From: an uncultured candidatus Porisulfidus sp.
GTDB taxonomy: Bacteria > Pseudomonadota > Gammaproteobacteria > Poriferisulfidales > Poriferisulfidaceae
Assembly (NCBI GenBank): GCA_965116025.1
Contig: OZ220480.1
Span: forward strand, 1,376,001-1,440,000
Length of the DNA: 64,000 nucleotides
Direction of reading: 5' to 3'
Shown here: positions 21,047-33,731 of the stretch, piece by piece
Layout: each line of letters opens with the position of its first letter
Numbering within the stretch: position 1 is the first letter of the stretch
The notes under the pieces: model-generated
What the model saw: the letters and a program-made list of their open reading frames with translations, nothing else
Databases searched by the model: none
What the model was told of the DNA's origin: nothing
Made by a program: the position numbers and the translations under genes

Positions 21047-23803
21047 ATGGGCAAGGCGAGCCGGGAAAAAGCGGAGCGCAGAGTCCGGGAGACGGCCGGG
21101 GAAGACGCCGCCGGGCGCGCGGATCCAGCTCTCGTCGGGAGCGCGCCCGAGGGGCTGGCCTTGATGTTCACGAGGAAGGGCCCGCCGAGCGACTTTCCCG
21201 GCCACGCGGGTCTCGGCGTCCTGCTGCTCGTCGCGCTGGTGATCGTTAGTTACTACCCGGCACTCACGGGCGCATTCATTTGGGACGACACTATTTTCGC
21301 CTCCATGCGTCAGACCCGGGAATGGTCCGGAATCCTGGATTTCTGGTTCCGTCCGGGACTACTCGAGCTGGAGGGGCATTACTGGCCGGTCGTCTACACG
21401 ACTTTCTGGCTGGAGCACAAGCTATGGGGATTCGAGCCCGTGGGCTACCACGTGGTCAACACCCTGCTGCAAGCGCTCAACACCCTGCTGGTGTGGCGGC
21501 TGATGCTACGCCTTTCCGTGCCTGGAGCCTGGCTGATCGCCGCCGTGTTCGCCGTCCATCCGTTGCACGTCGAGTCGGTGGCTTGGATCATCGAGCGCAA
21601 GGACCTGCTTTCGGGGGCGCTGTATCTCGGTTCCGCGCTGCTCTGGTTGCGCTTTTTGGAGACGGCTCACTGGAAGCCCTACTCGCTGTCGATGATTTTG
21701 TTCGTCCTGAGCCTGCTGAGCAAGACCGTCACGGTGACCTTGCCAGCGGCGTTGCTGGTCCTGTGCTGGTGGAAGCGCGGGCGAATCGGTTGGGCGGACC
21801 TCAAGCCGTTGCTACCGTTCTTCGCGGTAGGGTTCGCGATCACCATCAGCGCCATCACGTACCAGGCGACCCGGGAGCCGCTGGAGCTCGACTACTCGCT
21901 CATCGAGCGAGCCCAGATCGCGGCGGGCGCCCTGTGGTTCTACTTGAGCAAGTTGCTGTGGCCGGTTGACCTGATCGTGATCTACCCGTTCTGGGAGGTT
22001 GGCGCCGGGAATTGGATGGCCTGGGGCTACGTGGCGGCGGCCCTCGCCTTGGCGACGGCTCTTTGGCTCGCGCGCGGACGGATCGGGCGCGGGCCGATGG
22101 CCGCCGCGGCGTTCTTCGTGGTGACGCTGTCGCCGGTGCTCGGCTTCATCGACTACGGCTACATGCAGTTCTCCTTCGTCGCCGACCGCTTTCAGTATCT
22201 GGCGGGCATCGGCGTGATGGCCGCGCTCATCGGCACCGGGACGAGCTGGGCCTCCCGATTGCCACCGGTCGGGCGAAGAGGCGTCTTGGGCATCGCGTTG
22301 ATCGGGGTGGGCGCGCTGGCGACGCTGTCTTGGCAGCAATCGCGACTGTACCGCGACGAGATCGTCTTCTTCAGCTATATCGTCGAGCATAATCCGAAGG
22401 CTCGGGGGGGGCATCACAACCTCGCGGAGGCGCTGCGGGAGGAGGGGCGCGCGGACGAGGCGTTCGCCATGGCGCGCGCCGCCATGGCCAAGAAGCCAGA
22501 CTTTCCGCACGCTTACAACAACTACGGCCTGATGCTCCAGGAGCGCGGCGAGTTCGACGAGGCGGAGAAAGTCTTTCAGGATGGCTTGAAGGTCGAGCCG
22601 GACGACGCGGGGCTCGCGATGCGACTCGCCGAACTGAGCCGGACCCGGGAACGCTATGAGGAGGCGTTGCGCTGGCTCAATCTCGTTATCGAGCGCCAGC
22701 CCGACGCCTCGCTAGCCTATGTGGAGAAGGGAGATGTCTTGTTCCATCTGGAGCGCTATGAGGAAGCCATCGAGACTCTGGAGAAGGCCCTGCTTCTGGA
22801 CTCGGACTTGCGAGGGGAGGCGATGCTGCACAACTTCATCGGCGCGGCGGCGCGGAATCTGAGTCGCTTCGAGAAGGCGGAGAAGCATTACCGGGTCGCC
22901 TTGCGACTGGACCCGAAACAGCCCCAGGCGCACGCCAACCTCGTCGAGTTGCTGGTCGAGATGGAGCGTCCTGAGGAGGCGAGGCGCCACCGCGGAGAAG
23001 CACTCGAGACGTACGCGGGCGACCCCGCTGGAATCCAGCGCGTCCTTAATCTGCTCCGGGAGCGCCAGCGATACGAGGAGGAGCTCGCGTGGCACGACGA
23101 GATCGTCCGATTCCTCCCTGGGGACGCGTGGGGGCACGTGGGGAGAGGGGAGGTCTTGCTGCATCTGGAGCGTCCCGAGGAAGCGGTCGAGTCTCTGGAA
23201 CGGGCGGTCGCCTTGGCGCCCGACGCGTCGACTGCGTCCTCGGCGCGCATGCTGCTGGCGCGAGTGGCGCGAACGCAGGGTCTGCGGGAGCGGGAGGAGG
23301 AGCTCTACCGGCTCATCCTGAAGGATGAGCCCAAGCATTTGGGCGCGCTCGAAGGGTTCGCCCGGGCGCGGATTGAGCGGGGACGTCCCACGGAGGCGGT
23401 TGAGTTCCTGGAGCGGATGATCGCCCTGGACCCCGATGGGCCGACCGCGTCCCTGGCGCGCATGCTACTGGCGAAAACGGCGCGGGCGCGGGGCTTGCTG
23501 GGACGCGAGACGGAATTCTACCTGCGCGTCTTGAAAGACGATCCGGAGCACCTTGGCGCGCTCGAGCGGCTCGCTCGGGCGCGGCTTGAGCAAGGGCGCC
23601 CTGAGGAGGCTCTGGAGCTCTACCGGAAGTTCGCGGACCTCGTGCCGAACCAAGAGGGCGCGTATGGAAACATCGGCCTTTTGCTGTACCGCATGGGCCG
23701 CTTCGAAGAGGCGCGCGAGGCGGTCGACCGCGCGCTCGCCTTGAATCCGGACCACCGCCAGGCGCGGCGCGTCCTCGAACAAATCCGCACGGAATCGCGG
23801 TAG
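21047..23803 (+). CDS. TMTC-like GT-C glycosyltransferase with a long C-terminal TPR array
   Basis: FIWDD first-loop diacid, YWPV, YHVVN, FAVHPLHVESVAWIIERKDLL, LLSK, VADRFQYL, followed by many TPR motifs. Confidence 0.8.
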   Translation: MGKASREKAERRVRETAGEDAAGRADPALVGSAPEGLALMFTRKGPPSDFPGHAGLGVLLLVALVIVSYYPALTGAFIWDDTIFASMRQTREWSGILDFWFRPGLLELEGHYWPVVYTTFWLEHKLWGFEPVGYHVVNTLLQALNTLLVWRLMLRLSVPGAWLIAAVFAVHPLHVESVAWIIERKDLLSGALYLGSALLWLRFLETAHWKPYSLSMILFVLSLLSKTVTVTLPAALLVLCWWKRGRIGWADLKPLLPFFAVGFAITISAITYQATREPLELDYSLIERAQIAAGALWFYLSKLLWPVDLIVIYPFWEVGAGNWMAWGYVAAALALATALWLARGRIGRGPMAAAAFFVVTLSPVLGFIDYGYMQFSFVADRFQYLAGIGVMAALIGTGTSWASRLPPVGRRGVLGIALIGVGALATLSWQQSRLYRDEIVFFSYIVEHNPKARGGHHNLAEALREEGRADEAFAMARAAMAKKPDFPHAYNNYGLMLQERGEFDEAEKVFQDGLKVEPDDAGLAMRLAELSRTRERYEEALRWLNLVIERQPDASLAYVEKGDVLFHLERYEEAIETLEKALLLDSDLRGEAMLHNFIGAAARNLSRFEKAEKHYRVALRLDPKQPQAHANLVELLVEMERPEEARRHRGEALETYAGDPAGIQRVLNLLRERQRYEEELAWHDEIVRFLPGDAWGHVGRGEVLLHLERPEEAVESLERAVALAPDASTASSARMLLARVARTQGLREREEELYRLILKDEPKHLGALEGFARARIERGRPTEAVEFLERMIALDPDGPTASLARMLLAKTARARGLLGRETEFYLRVLKDDPEHLGALERLARARLEQGRPEEALELYRKFADLVPNQEGAYGNIGLLLYRMGRFEEAREAVDRALALNPDHRQARRVLEQIRTESR

Positions 23804-23809
23804 CCGCGA

Positions 23810-25471
23810 ATGGGCAGAAAGTCGAGACGGAAACGATCCGCGAGGCGGAGTCCCGGAGTTCCGGCGCCGCCGCCCCCGCCTCCGCGGGAGCGCTCCTTCG
23901 CGCTCGCCGCCTGGCTGGGAGCAAGGGAGCCCGAGGGGCCTCCGTGGAGGTGGTTTCCTTGGATCTTGGCGCTGGCGTTCGTGGCGCGGGCGGCGGTCGC
24001 CCTGTCTGGGGATTTCGTGCTGCATCCCGACGAGATCATGCAGTATCTGGAGTCGGCGCACCGCTTGGTCTTTGGCAACGGCGTCGTGTTCTGGGAGTTC
24101 CTCTACGGCGCGCGCTTCTGGCTGGTGCCCGGCTTCGTCGCCGGAATTCTCGCCCTGTTCGACGCCGTGGGACTCGGCGAGCCAGTCTGGTACGTCGGCG
24201 GGGTGAAACTGGCGTTCTGCGCGGTCTCCCTGCTGATTCCGGCGGGGATGTACTTTTTCGCGCGGCGCCAGTTCGGCGAGACCGCGGGCAGGATCGCGCT
24301 GGTGACCGGCGCGTTCTGGTACGAGCTGGTCGGTTTCGCGCACAAGCCGATGACCGAATTCGTTTCGACCGCCTTGCTGCTGGTTTTGCTCGCGCTCTGC
24401 GCGCGCCCGTCCCTGGACCGGACGCGGACGATTTGGGCGGTGGCGGCGCTGGCGACGCTCATGGCGGCCGTTCGCTTGCAGTACGCGCCGCTCGCGCTGC
24501 CGCTCCTCGGCGTGGCGTTCTTGCGGACCCGGCGCAAGGCGGCGCTGGTGTCGGCGACGGGCTTGTGCTTGCTCGCGGTCGGCATCCTCGACGGGGCCAG
24601 TTGGGGTGGGTCTCTGTTTCACTCCTACGTCACCAATATCGAGTTCAACCTGTTTCTCGGCGACTACCGCGCTGGGGAGAGTCCGGGCTGGCAGTACCTG
24701 CTGTGGCTCGTTCTCGCCAGTTCTGGCCTTGGCGCGCTGTGCCTCGCCGCGGCGGCGCCGTCGCCGCGGCGCTACGGCATTCTTCTCGCGCTGATCGCGA
24801 TAGCCTTGCTAGCTCATTCCCTGCAATCGCATAAGGAATATCGATTCATCTTCGCGGTCATTCCTCTGTGGTTGCTGATCGGCTCGGATATGGTGGCGCG
24901 GATCATGGCGCGGACGGACGGAGCGTGGCGGGTCCCGGGTCTGGCCGCCGCCGCGTTCGCGGTCCTCTCCGTGGCCGGAATTCTGAACGCGCTGCCTTCC
25001 CAAGCCCAGGTCTACCACGCGTATTCGAGAGGGACCGGGTTCGTCCGGTTCCTGAGTGAGCAGGACCCGGCCTTCGCCGCCTACCGTTACCTCGCCCGGG
25101 CGCCGGACGTGCAGGCGGTGCTGCATACCGACCGGCATCACCATAACCTTCCAGGCTACTATTATCTGCACCGGAAAGTTCCGTTCTACGACATTCTGAC
25201 GGGGTCGCTCGTCGCCGGCGACGGCGAGACGCTTCGGGCGTCCGTCAGCCATATCGTCTCCATGGAGCCCGGACTTCAGGTCCAGGGCTATCGGTTGGAC
25301 CGGGCGTTTGGCGACCTTCGGATTCTCCGGCGCGAGGCGGACGAGCCCGAGATCCGCCGATGGGAGCGCTACGCGCCCGTCATGGTGAGCGTGGAGGCGA
25401 ATGTCGTGAGACAGTTCAATCCCGCCGCTCCTCTTCCACCGCCGCGCTGGGGCATTCGGTTCCAAGACTAG
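23810..25471 (+). CDS. GT22 (PIG-B/ALG9-like) mannosyltransferase
   Basis: HPDEIMQYLESAHRLVFG...WEF...R and HKEYRFIF, both hallmarks of the PIG-B/ALG9 family; multi-pass membrane protein. Confidence 0.8.
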   Translation: MGRKSRRKRSARRSPGVPAPPPPPPRERSFALAAWLGAREPEGPPWRWFPWILALAFVARAAVALSGDFVLHPDEIMQYLESAHRLVFGNGVVFWEFLYGARFWLVPGFVAGILALFDAVGLGEPVWYVGGVKLAFCAVSLLIPAGMYFFARRQFGETAGRIALVTGAFWYELVGFAHKPMTEFVSTALLLVLLALCARPSLDRTRTIWAVAALATLMAAVRLQYAPLALPLLGVAFLRTRRKAALVSATGLCLLAVGILDGASWGGSLFHSYVTNIEFNLFLGDYRAGESPGWQYLLWLVLASSGLGALCLAAAAPSPRRYGILLALIAIALLAHSLQSHKEYRFIFAVIPLWLLIGSDMVARIMARTDGAWRVPGLAAAAFAVLSVAGILNALPSQAQVYHAYSRGTGFVRFLSEQDPAFAAYRYLARAPDVQAVLHTDRHHHNLPGYYYLHRKVPFYDILTGSLVAGDGETLRASVSHIVSMEPGLQVQGYRLDRAFGDLRILRREADEPEIRRWERYAPVMVSVEANVVRQFNPAAPLPPPRWGIRFQD

Positions 25472-25544
25472 AGGGCGCGTCGTTTTTGAAATCCGCGGGC
25501 CCCGCCCCCATTTCTCTAGGGAGAGATAGACCTTCCCTGATGGC

Positions 25545-28107
25545 ATGAGATTGGACAAGCTAACCCAGCCGTTTCAGCAGGCGTTGATGGAGGCGCGGTC
25601 GCTGGCGGTCGCCCGGGACTGCCCGGAAATCGATCCCGCGCACTTGGCGCTGGCTCTGCTCGACCTTCCGGACACCGCGGTCGCCTCGTTGTTGCGCGAG
25701 GCCGGGGCGGATATGGACCGCCTGCGCGGGCTTTTGGGCCATCGGATCGAGTCGCTGCCACGGGTGACTGGCGAGAAGGGCGACGTTGGGATTTCCGCCG
25801 ACTTGCGGCGGCTGCTTGACGCTTGCGATGGTCTCGCGCGGGAGCGTGGCGATCAGTACGTCGCGTCCGAGCTATTTCCGCTCGCCGCGCTACGGGACCG
25901 GGGAGAGGTTGGGAAGTCGCTGCGCGAATCCGGCGCGGACGCCGAGCGCTTGACGAAGGCGATTGAGGGGTTGCGCCAGGGCGAGCCCGTCACGGACCCG
26001 AACGCCGAGCAGCATCGCCAGGCGCTGGAGAAATACACCGACGACCTGACCCGGCGGGCGGAGCGAGGCAAGATCGACCCCATCATCGGTCGCGACGAGG
26101 AAATCCGGCGCGCCATCCAGATTCTGCAGCGGCGCACCAAGAACAACCCGGTGCTGATCGGAGAGGCCGGAGTGGGCAAGACCGCGATCGTCGAGGGTCT
26201 GGCGCTGCGCATCGTCAATGGCGAGGTGCCGGAGAGCTTGCGGGGCCGGCGGGTGCTGGCTCTGGACATGGCGGCGCTGATCGCGGGAGCCAAGTTCCGC
26301 GGGGAGTTCGAGGAGCGTCTCAAGGCGGTGCTCAAGGAGCTGGCGCGGCAAGAGGGCGAGTCGGTCCTGTTCATCGACGAGCTGCATACTCTGGTCGGCG
26401 CCGGGCGCTCGGAGGGGTCCATGGACGCCGGCAACATGCTCAAGCCGGCGCTGGCGCGCGGCGAGTTGCACTGCATCGGCGCCACTACCCTGGACGAGTA
26501 CCGCGAGAATCTCGAGAAGGACGCGGCTTTGGAGCGCCGCTTCCAGCGGATCCTGGTCGACGAGCCGAGCGTGGAGGACACCGTCGCGATCCTGCGCGGG
26601 ATCAAGGAGCGCTACGAGGTCCACCATGGCGTCGAGATCACGGACCCGGCGCTGGTCGCGGCCGCCACCCTGTCGGCGCGCTACCTGCCGGACCGCCGTC
26701 TGCCGGACAAGGCGATCGACTTGGTCGACGAGGCTGCCTCCCGCATTCGCATGGAGGTGGAATCGATGCCGGAGGAGATGGATCGCCTGGATCGGCGAAT
26801 GATCCAGCTCAAGATCGAGCGGCAGGCCCTGCGCAAGGAAAGCGACCCGGCATCCCGCGAGCGGCTGAAAACGCTGGAGGAGGAACTGGATCGTTTGGAA
26901 CGGGAGTACGCCGAGCTCGAGGAGGTCTGGAAGGCCGAGAAGTCGGCGGTCAGCGACACCGCCCGGGTGAAGAAGGAGTTGGACCAGGCGCGGCTGGATA
27001 TGGATCGGGCCCGCCGCGAGAACGATCTGGAGCGCGCCGCCGAGCTGCAGCACGGAATTATCCCAGACCTCGAGCGCCAGCTGGAGCGACGCTCGGACGA
27101 CGCGGAGAAGCCTCAGGCGACCTTGTTCCGGGACATCGTGACCGAGGAGGAGATAGCCGAGGTGGTGGCGCGCGCGACTGGCATTCCGGTGTCCCGGATG
27201 CTGGAGGGAGAGAAAGAGCGGCTGCTGCGCATGGAGGAGGCCCTGCACCGGCGCGTGGTCGGACAGGATGAGGCCGTGACCGCGGTCTGTCACGCGATCC
27301 GCCGCTCCCGCTCCGGGCTGACTGACCCGGGCCGCCCGATCGGGTCTTTCCTGTTCCTGGGGCCGACCGGAGTCGGCAAGACCGAATTGTGCAAGGCGCT
27401 GGCGGAGTTCCTGTTCGATCAGGAATCGTCGATGGTGCGCGTGGACATGTCGGAATTCATGGAAAAGCACTCCGTGGCGCGGCTGATTGGCGCGCCACCA
27501 GGCTACGTGGGCTACGAGGAGGGCGGCCGGCTGACCGAGGTGGTGCGGCGACGCCCGTTCGCGGTGATTCTGCTCGACGAGATCGAGAAGGCGCACCCGG
27601 ACGTGTTCAACATTCTGCTGCAGGTGCTCGACGATGGCCGCCTGACGGATGGTCATGGGCGCACCGTCAGTTTCGCGAACGCGGTGGTGGTGATGACTTC
27701 CAACCTCGGCAGCGACACGATCCGAAGCATGGCGCGCGAGCCGCACGAGAAGGTGAAGAGCGCGTTGCGGGAACAGCTGACGGAGAGCTTTCGGCCGGAG
27801 TTCATCAACCGAATTGACGAGGTGCTGGTGTTCCGCGCGTTGCGGCGCGAGCAGATTCACGCGATCGTTCGCATCCAGGTCGAACGGCTGAGGGAGCGGC
27901 TCGCCGAGCGCAAGTTGAAGTTGGAAATGTCGGACGAGGCGATCGACTTCATCGGCAACGCCGGCTACGATCCAGAGTACGGAGCCCGACCTTTGCGCCG
28001 GGCGTTGCGAGATGATCTGGAGAACCCGCTGGCCCAGGCGTTGCTGGAGGGGGATTTCCCGCCTGGACGTACGGTTCGGGTGGACCGCGGGGACGCGGGG
28101 CTTCGCC

Positions 28108-28121
<14 letters not shown>
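25545..28121 (+). CDS. clpB: ATP-dependent chaperone ClpB
   Basis: Two AAA+ modules ([16 protein letters not shown]), middle coiled-coil domain, [13 protein letters not shown]. Confidence 0.98.
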
Positions 28122-29823
<1,702 letters not shown>

Positions 29824-29939
29824 GGTCGACGACGCTTGGCGCGCCCATCTTACAAAAACCGTGGGCATCGCCAGAATTTTGGCTTCATTCCGGCCCCGCT
29901 CGGCCGTCGCGTTGAAAGGCTTTGGCGATATCGCGTTTC

Positions 29940-29948
29940 TGGTAAAAT
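29940..29948 (+). promoter_or_regulatory. Candidate extended -10 promoter of the autotransporter
   Basis: TGGTAAAAT (TGn + TAAAAT) about 40 nt upstream of ATG 29991. Confidence 0.4.
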
Positions 29949-29990
29949 CCGCCTCATTGCTCACCGCCACAAATTTCCATGAGGGCCACC

Positions 29991-32900
29991 ATGCATTTTT
30001 CTGATACCGTCCGCGCCGCGCTTCGCGGGGTTGCGTCGTCTTCCCGCGTAGGGGGGGGGGGGGGGGGGGGGGGCATAGCCTCCGTTTCCTGACCGTTCTG
30101 GCCGGCTTCACGGCCTTTCTCTCCATTCCGCTGATTCCGCACTCCGCCATGGCGGCGGACACGGGAAACTGCGGCGCTCTTCCCAGCGGCTCGGGCGCCG
30201 CCGAGATCACCTGCAGCGACCCGACTTACACCAAGCCCGACGGCCCGCCGATCGGATACGAACTCGCTGGGTCGGGCCGGAGCGTGACGCTGACGGTCCA
30301 GCCTTCCGGGGCGGGCACGGTCACCATCACGTCCAGCGGAATACCCAGCGGCGCGAGCGACGCCCGGCCGGGGATCGTCCTGAGCGGGCCCGGCGCCCTG
30401 AAGAAAGTCGTTCTCGATGGGCGGGTTCGCATTGAGAGCGACGCGACCCGGAGGCTCGTGACGGGGCTGTCCACGACGGTGACGGTCACGCGCATCGGAA
30501 AGGCCTTTGATTCGAGGGACCGCGGGGCGGGGCTCAACCATGGCATCTACGTGAAGCACTTGGGAAGCGACGCCGACGCTCAGGCGAAGGACCGCGCCGA
30601 GGTGATGGTGGGAGCCGAGGCGCGGATCGGAACCGAGGACAAGCCGATGGGCGGGTACGGCGTGCTGGCGTACTTTCAGCATGACACGGACATTAGCGTG
30701 ACGAACGCGGGCGAGATTTACGGGACGTACGCGGGGATACTGGCGCATCGCTCGGGCGGGGGCGACACCGTGATCAAGACGGCGAAGGGCAGCGTGACCT
30801 CACAAGGGATCCGGGCGTCGGCGGGGAATCTCCAGGACGATCGTCTGGAACAGCGCTGGCTCAGAGATGTATGGATAGCCCCGGGCTCGTCCCCTGGAGG
30901 CGGTGACATCACGATCGTCCATGAGGGCGAGATCGTGGTCCGAACCGACCCGCTCCGCTATCTGACCACGACGACCCCGACGACGCTTAGCCATGTGGAA
31001 AATCGAAACTCGTACGCGCGCGCCGGGATTCACGTGCTTCACCAGGACAAGAGCGCTCCGGCCGCGGACGGGCAGGCCAGCAGCGAGATCTCGATCACGT
31101 CGAGCGGCGACATCGAGATCGTGACGGATCCGGGCGTCGCGCCACGGTGGGGAACGCGAGGCGTTCTAGTCATAACGAAAGGAGACGACGATTCGGTGGT
31201 TCCGGTGACGGTGGACGTGACGGGAGGGAGCCTCATGGGAGAGGGAAGGGGAGACGGCCACGCGATCCAGATTCACCATGAGCATAACGGGGGGCTGGTC
31301 AAGGTGGATCTGGCGGGCGCGATCACCCGGACGGGCGCGAAAGGAGATGGCGTTCAAGTGTATCGGCGGCGAGCCACCGGACCGGCGACTGCCGTGAAAC
31401 CCAGCGGCATCGAGGTGACGCTGAAGTCCGGGGCGCGGATCGGTATGGAGGCAGACGAGCCGACCGTGGGCCGGCATGGCGTGCTCGTCCGGCAGCAAAT
31501 CTACGGGGGAGCGATCCGGGTGGCCGTATCCGAGGGAGCGAGGATCGGGACCGTGGGGACTCCGGTTGGCGTGCACGGAGTGTTCGCTGATGTCGTGAAC
31601 GCTGGTGACGAGACTGACGTCATAGTCACCAACGAAGGCTTCATCCACGCGAAGGGATCGGGGGTGGTCGCTCTGCATCGCGGTGTGGGCGACGCGGTCG
31701 TGAAGCATCTGGCGGGGGAGATCGTCGCGGGCGACCTGCCCAACGATTTTTCCGAGTTCATAGCGGAACACAAGACGGAGCTGGCGGATCTGGAGTCCCG
31801 GAGCGCCGGTATCCTCGCCATTCATGGAGGCTCGGAGCCCCAGGCCGTTTCCGACGAGACGGCGGTCGCTTCTAGTGATCCCTCCACCTACGATGCCAAG
31901 ATCGGGAAGATCGAGATCATGTCGAAGGGGGACATCACGTCGAAGGGCGACGGGATTCTCGCCTATGTGAGAGATCTGGACAATACGGAGGATCGGGTCG
32001 TCAAGACGATCATCCCGATCATGATCGACGTTTCAGGCGGGATGATCACGGCGGACGGGCATGGCGTGTACGCGGAGACCGCCACCACCTACGACGATGC
32101 CACTGAAGCCGGGAGGATTGAGGTCACGGTAGGGGAGATGGCGACGATCCGGGCCAAGAAGGACGGGGTGCACGTCAAGGGCATGCGGACCTTCGCGTCC
32201 GACCACGCCCGGAAGGAGCAATACGACCAGACGGTCACCATCAACGGCAAGGTGATGGGCGGCGGCGGAGACCACGCTGGCGTTCGGATGGTGAACGGCG
32301 GGACGCTGGTGATCGGGCCGAAGGCGGAAGTTGAGGCGGAGTCGGGGACTTCGGTGAGGGCGGACGGGGCGCTACATGTCACCCTGAAGGAGAACGAGCA
32401 TGGGCAGATCGCTTTCGTCATGGGGAAATTCCTGAATAGTGGAAAGGACGCGCCGAACGTCTTCCAGCGGGAGTTGATGGCCGGCGCGAAGAAGACGATA
32501 GCCGTGGGGGACGCGGTGAAGGCGACGTCGGGGAAGACGGGGACGCATGGGGTGTATGACGCGGTGTTCGAGCGGATGGTCACGCTGAAGTCGATCACGG
32601 GAGGGGACCAGTTCCAGGTGGACTCCGAGAAGGAGATCAGCCGGACGTACCACGCCCGGGCTCGGGTGTACGAGGCGCTGCCGTCGGTGCTGCTGGAGAT
32701 GAGCGCGCCGGGCGGTCGTCAGGCGCGCTTGTCGGCGACGCGGGACGGCGGTGGCGCGTGGGCGCGGGTCTTGGCGAGCGACGGCGAGCGGGAGGCGGAT
32801 ATGTCCACGACCGAGATGGACGATGCGGGTCGCGCGCTGTCTTGGGACTTCGAGCGCTGGGGCGTGGAGACGGGCTTCGCCGTTCCCACGGACCTGCCGG

Positions 32901-33553
32901 GCGTGACGCTGGGGGTGAGCGCGCATTATCGGGACGGCGAGGCGGATGTCGAGCGCGGCGGGAAGATCGAGGTCTCGGGCGTGGGCGTCGGGGTCTCGGC
33001 GACCTGGCGGGGTGAGGACGGCTGGTACGCGGACGGGGAGTTCTCGTACACGCGTTTCGAGGACGTCGACTTGAGCTCGGAGACTCGGGGGATGGTGGCG
33101 TCCGGGTTGGATGGAGAGGGTCACGCGGTCGGCGTGGAGGTCGGCAGGCGCATGGAGATGGACGGCTTCGCGCTGGTTCCGCGCGGAGGATTGACGTGGA
33201 CATGGGTGGACATCGACGGCTTCGACGACGTTTCGGGCGTTGCTGGGAGCGGTCGGGTGTCGTTTCGCTCGGAGGACAGCGCGCGGGCGCGTATCGGGGT
33301 ATTGTTGGAGAACGGCGAGACGTACGCCTCATTGGACGTGGAGCGCGAGCTGTCGGAGAGCCGGGAGGTGATGGCGTCGGGGTCGCGCCTGCGCTCGGAG
33401 GTGGAGTCCACGTGGGCGCGGATTGGCGTTGGAGGCGTGATGGCGCTGGACGCGCAGGGGGAGTCGACGCTATCGGCGGACGCGCGCTACGCGGCGTCGG
33501 ACGGCGACAATCACGATTACGGCGCGAGCGTTCTGCTGAAGGTTCGCTTCTAA
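29991..33553 (+). CDS. Type Va autotransporter, frameshifted in the signal-peptide region at a poly-G tract (main ORF 30149-33553)
   Basis: Gly/Val/Thr-rich beta-helix-like passenger, C-terminal barrel (GAWARV, GWYADG, LVPRGGL, terminal LKVRF); the signal-peptide h-region lies at 30074-30154 in the passenger frame. Confidence 0.85.
30051..30073 (+). repeat. G23 homopolymer tract
   Basis: 23 consecutive G counted directly. Confidence 0.95.
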
Positions 33554-33565
33554 TCGGCTTCTGAT

Positions 33566-33594
33566 CGCGGCCCCGGCGGCGAGCCGGGGCCGCG
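33566..33594 (+). terminator. GC-rich hairpin after the autotransporter stop
   Basis: CGCGGCCCCGGC-ggcga-GCCGGGGCCGCG, perfect 12-bp stem; no clear U tract. Confidence 0.5.
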
Positions 33595-33731
33595 GCGAGT
33601 CAGAATTGACGGCTCAGGCTTTCCTATTTCGCGATCCGTCTCCAAAGGCCGAGAGTTCGGTAAAAAAGCCTTGACTCCGAGATTGAGGGATTATATTCAG
33701 TACCGGTCCAGTAGGGTCAGAACATCTCGGA

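Noticed and set aside
29824-30210. N-terminal extension of ProS containing poly-Pro
   Set aside because: Produced by reading the G tract on the minus strand; ProS homology starts at 29823
33671-33697. TTGACT...TATATT promoter antisense to the HEPN toxin
   Set aside because: Spacer is only 15 nt and there is no other support
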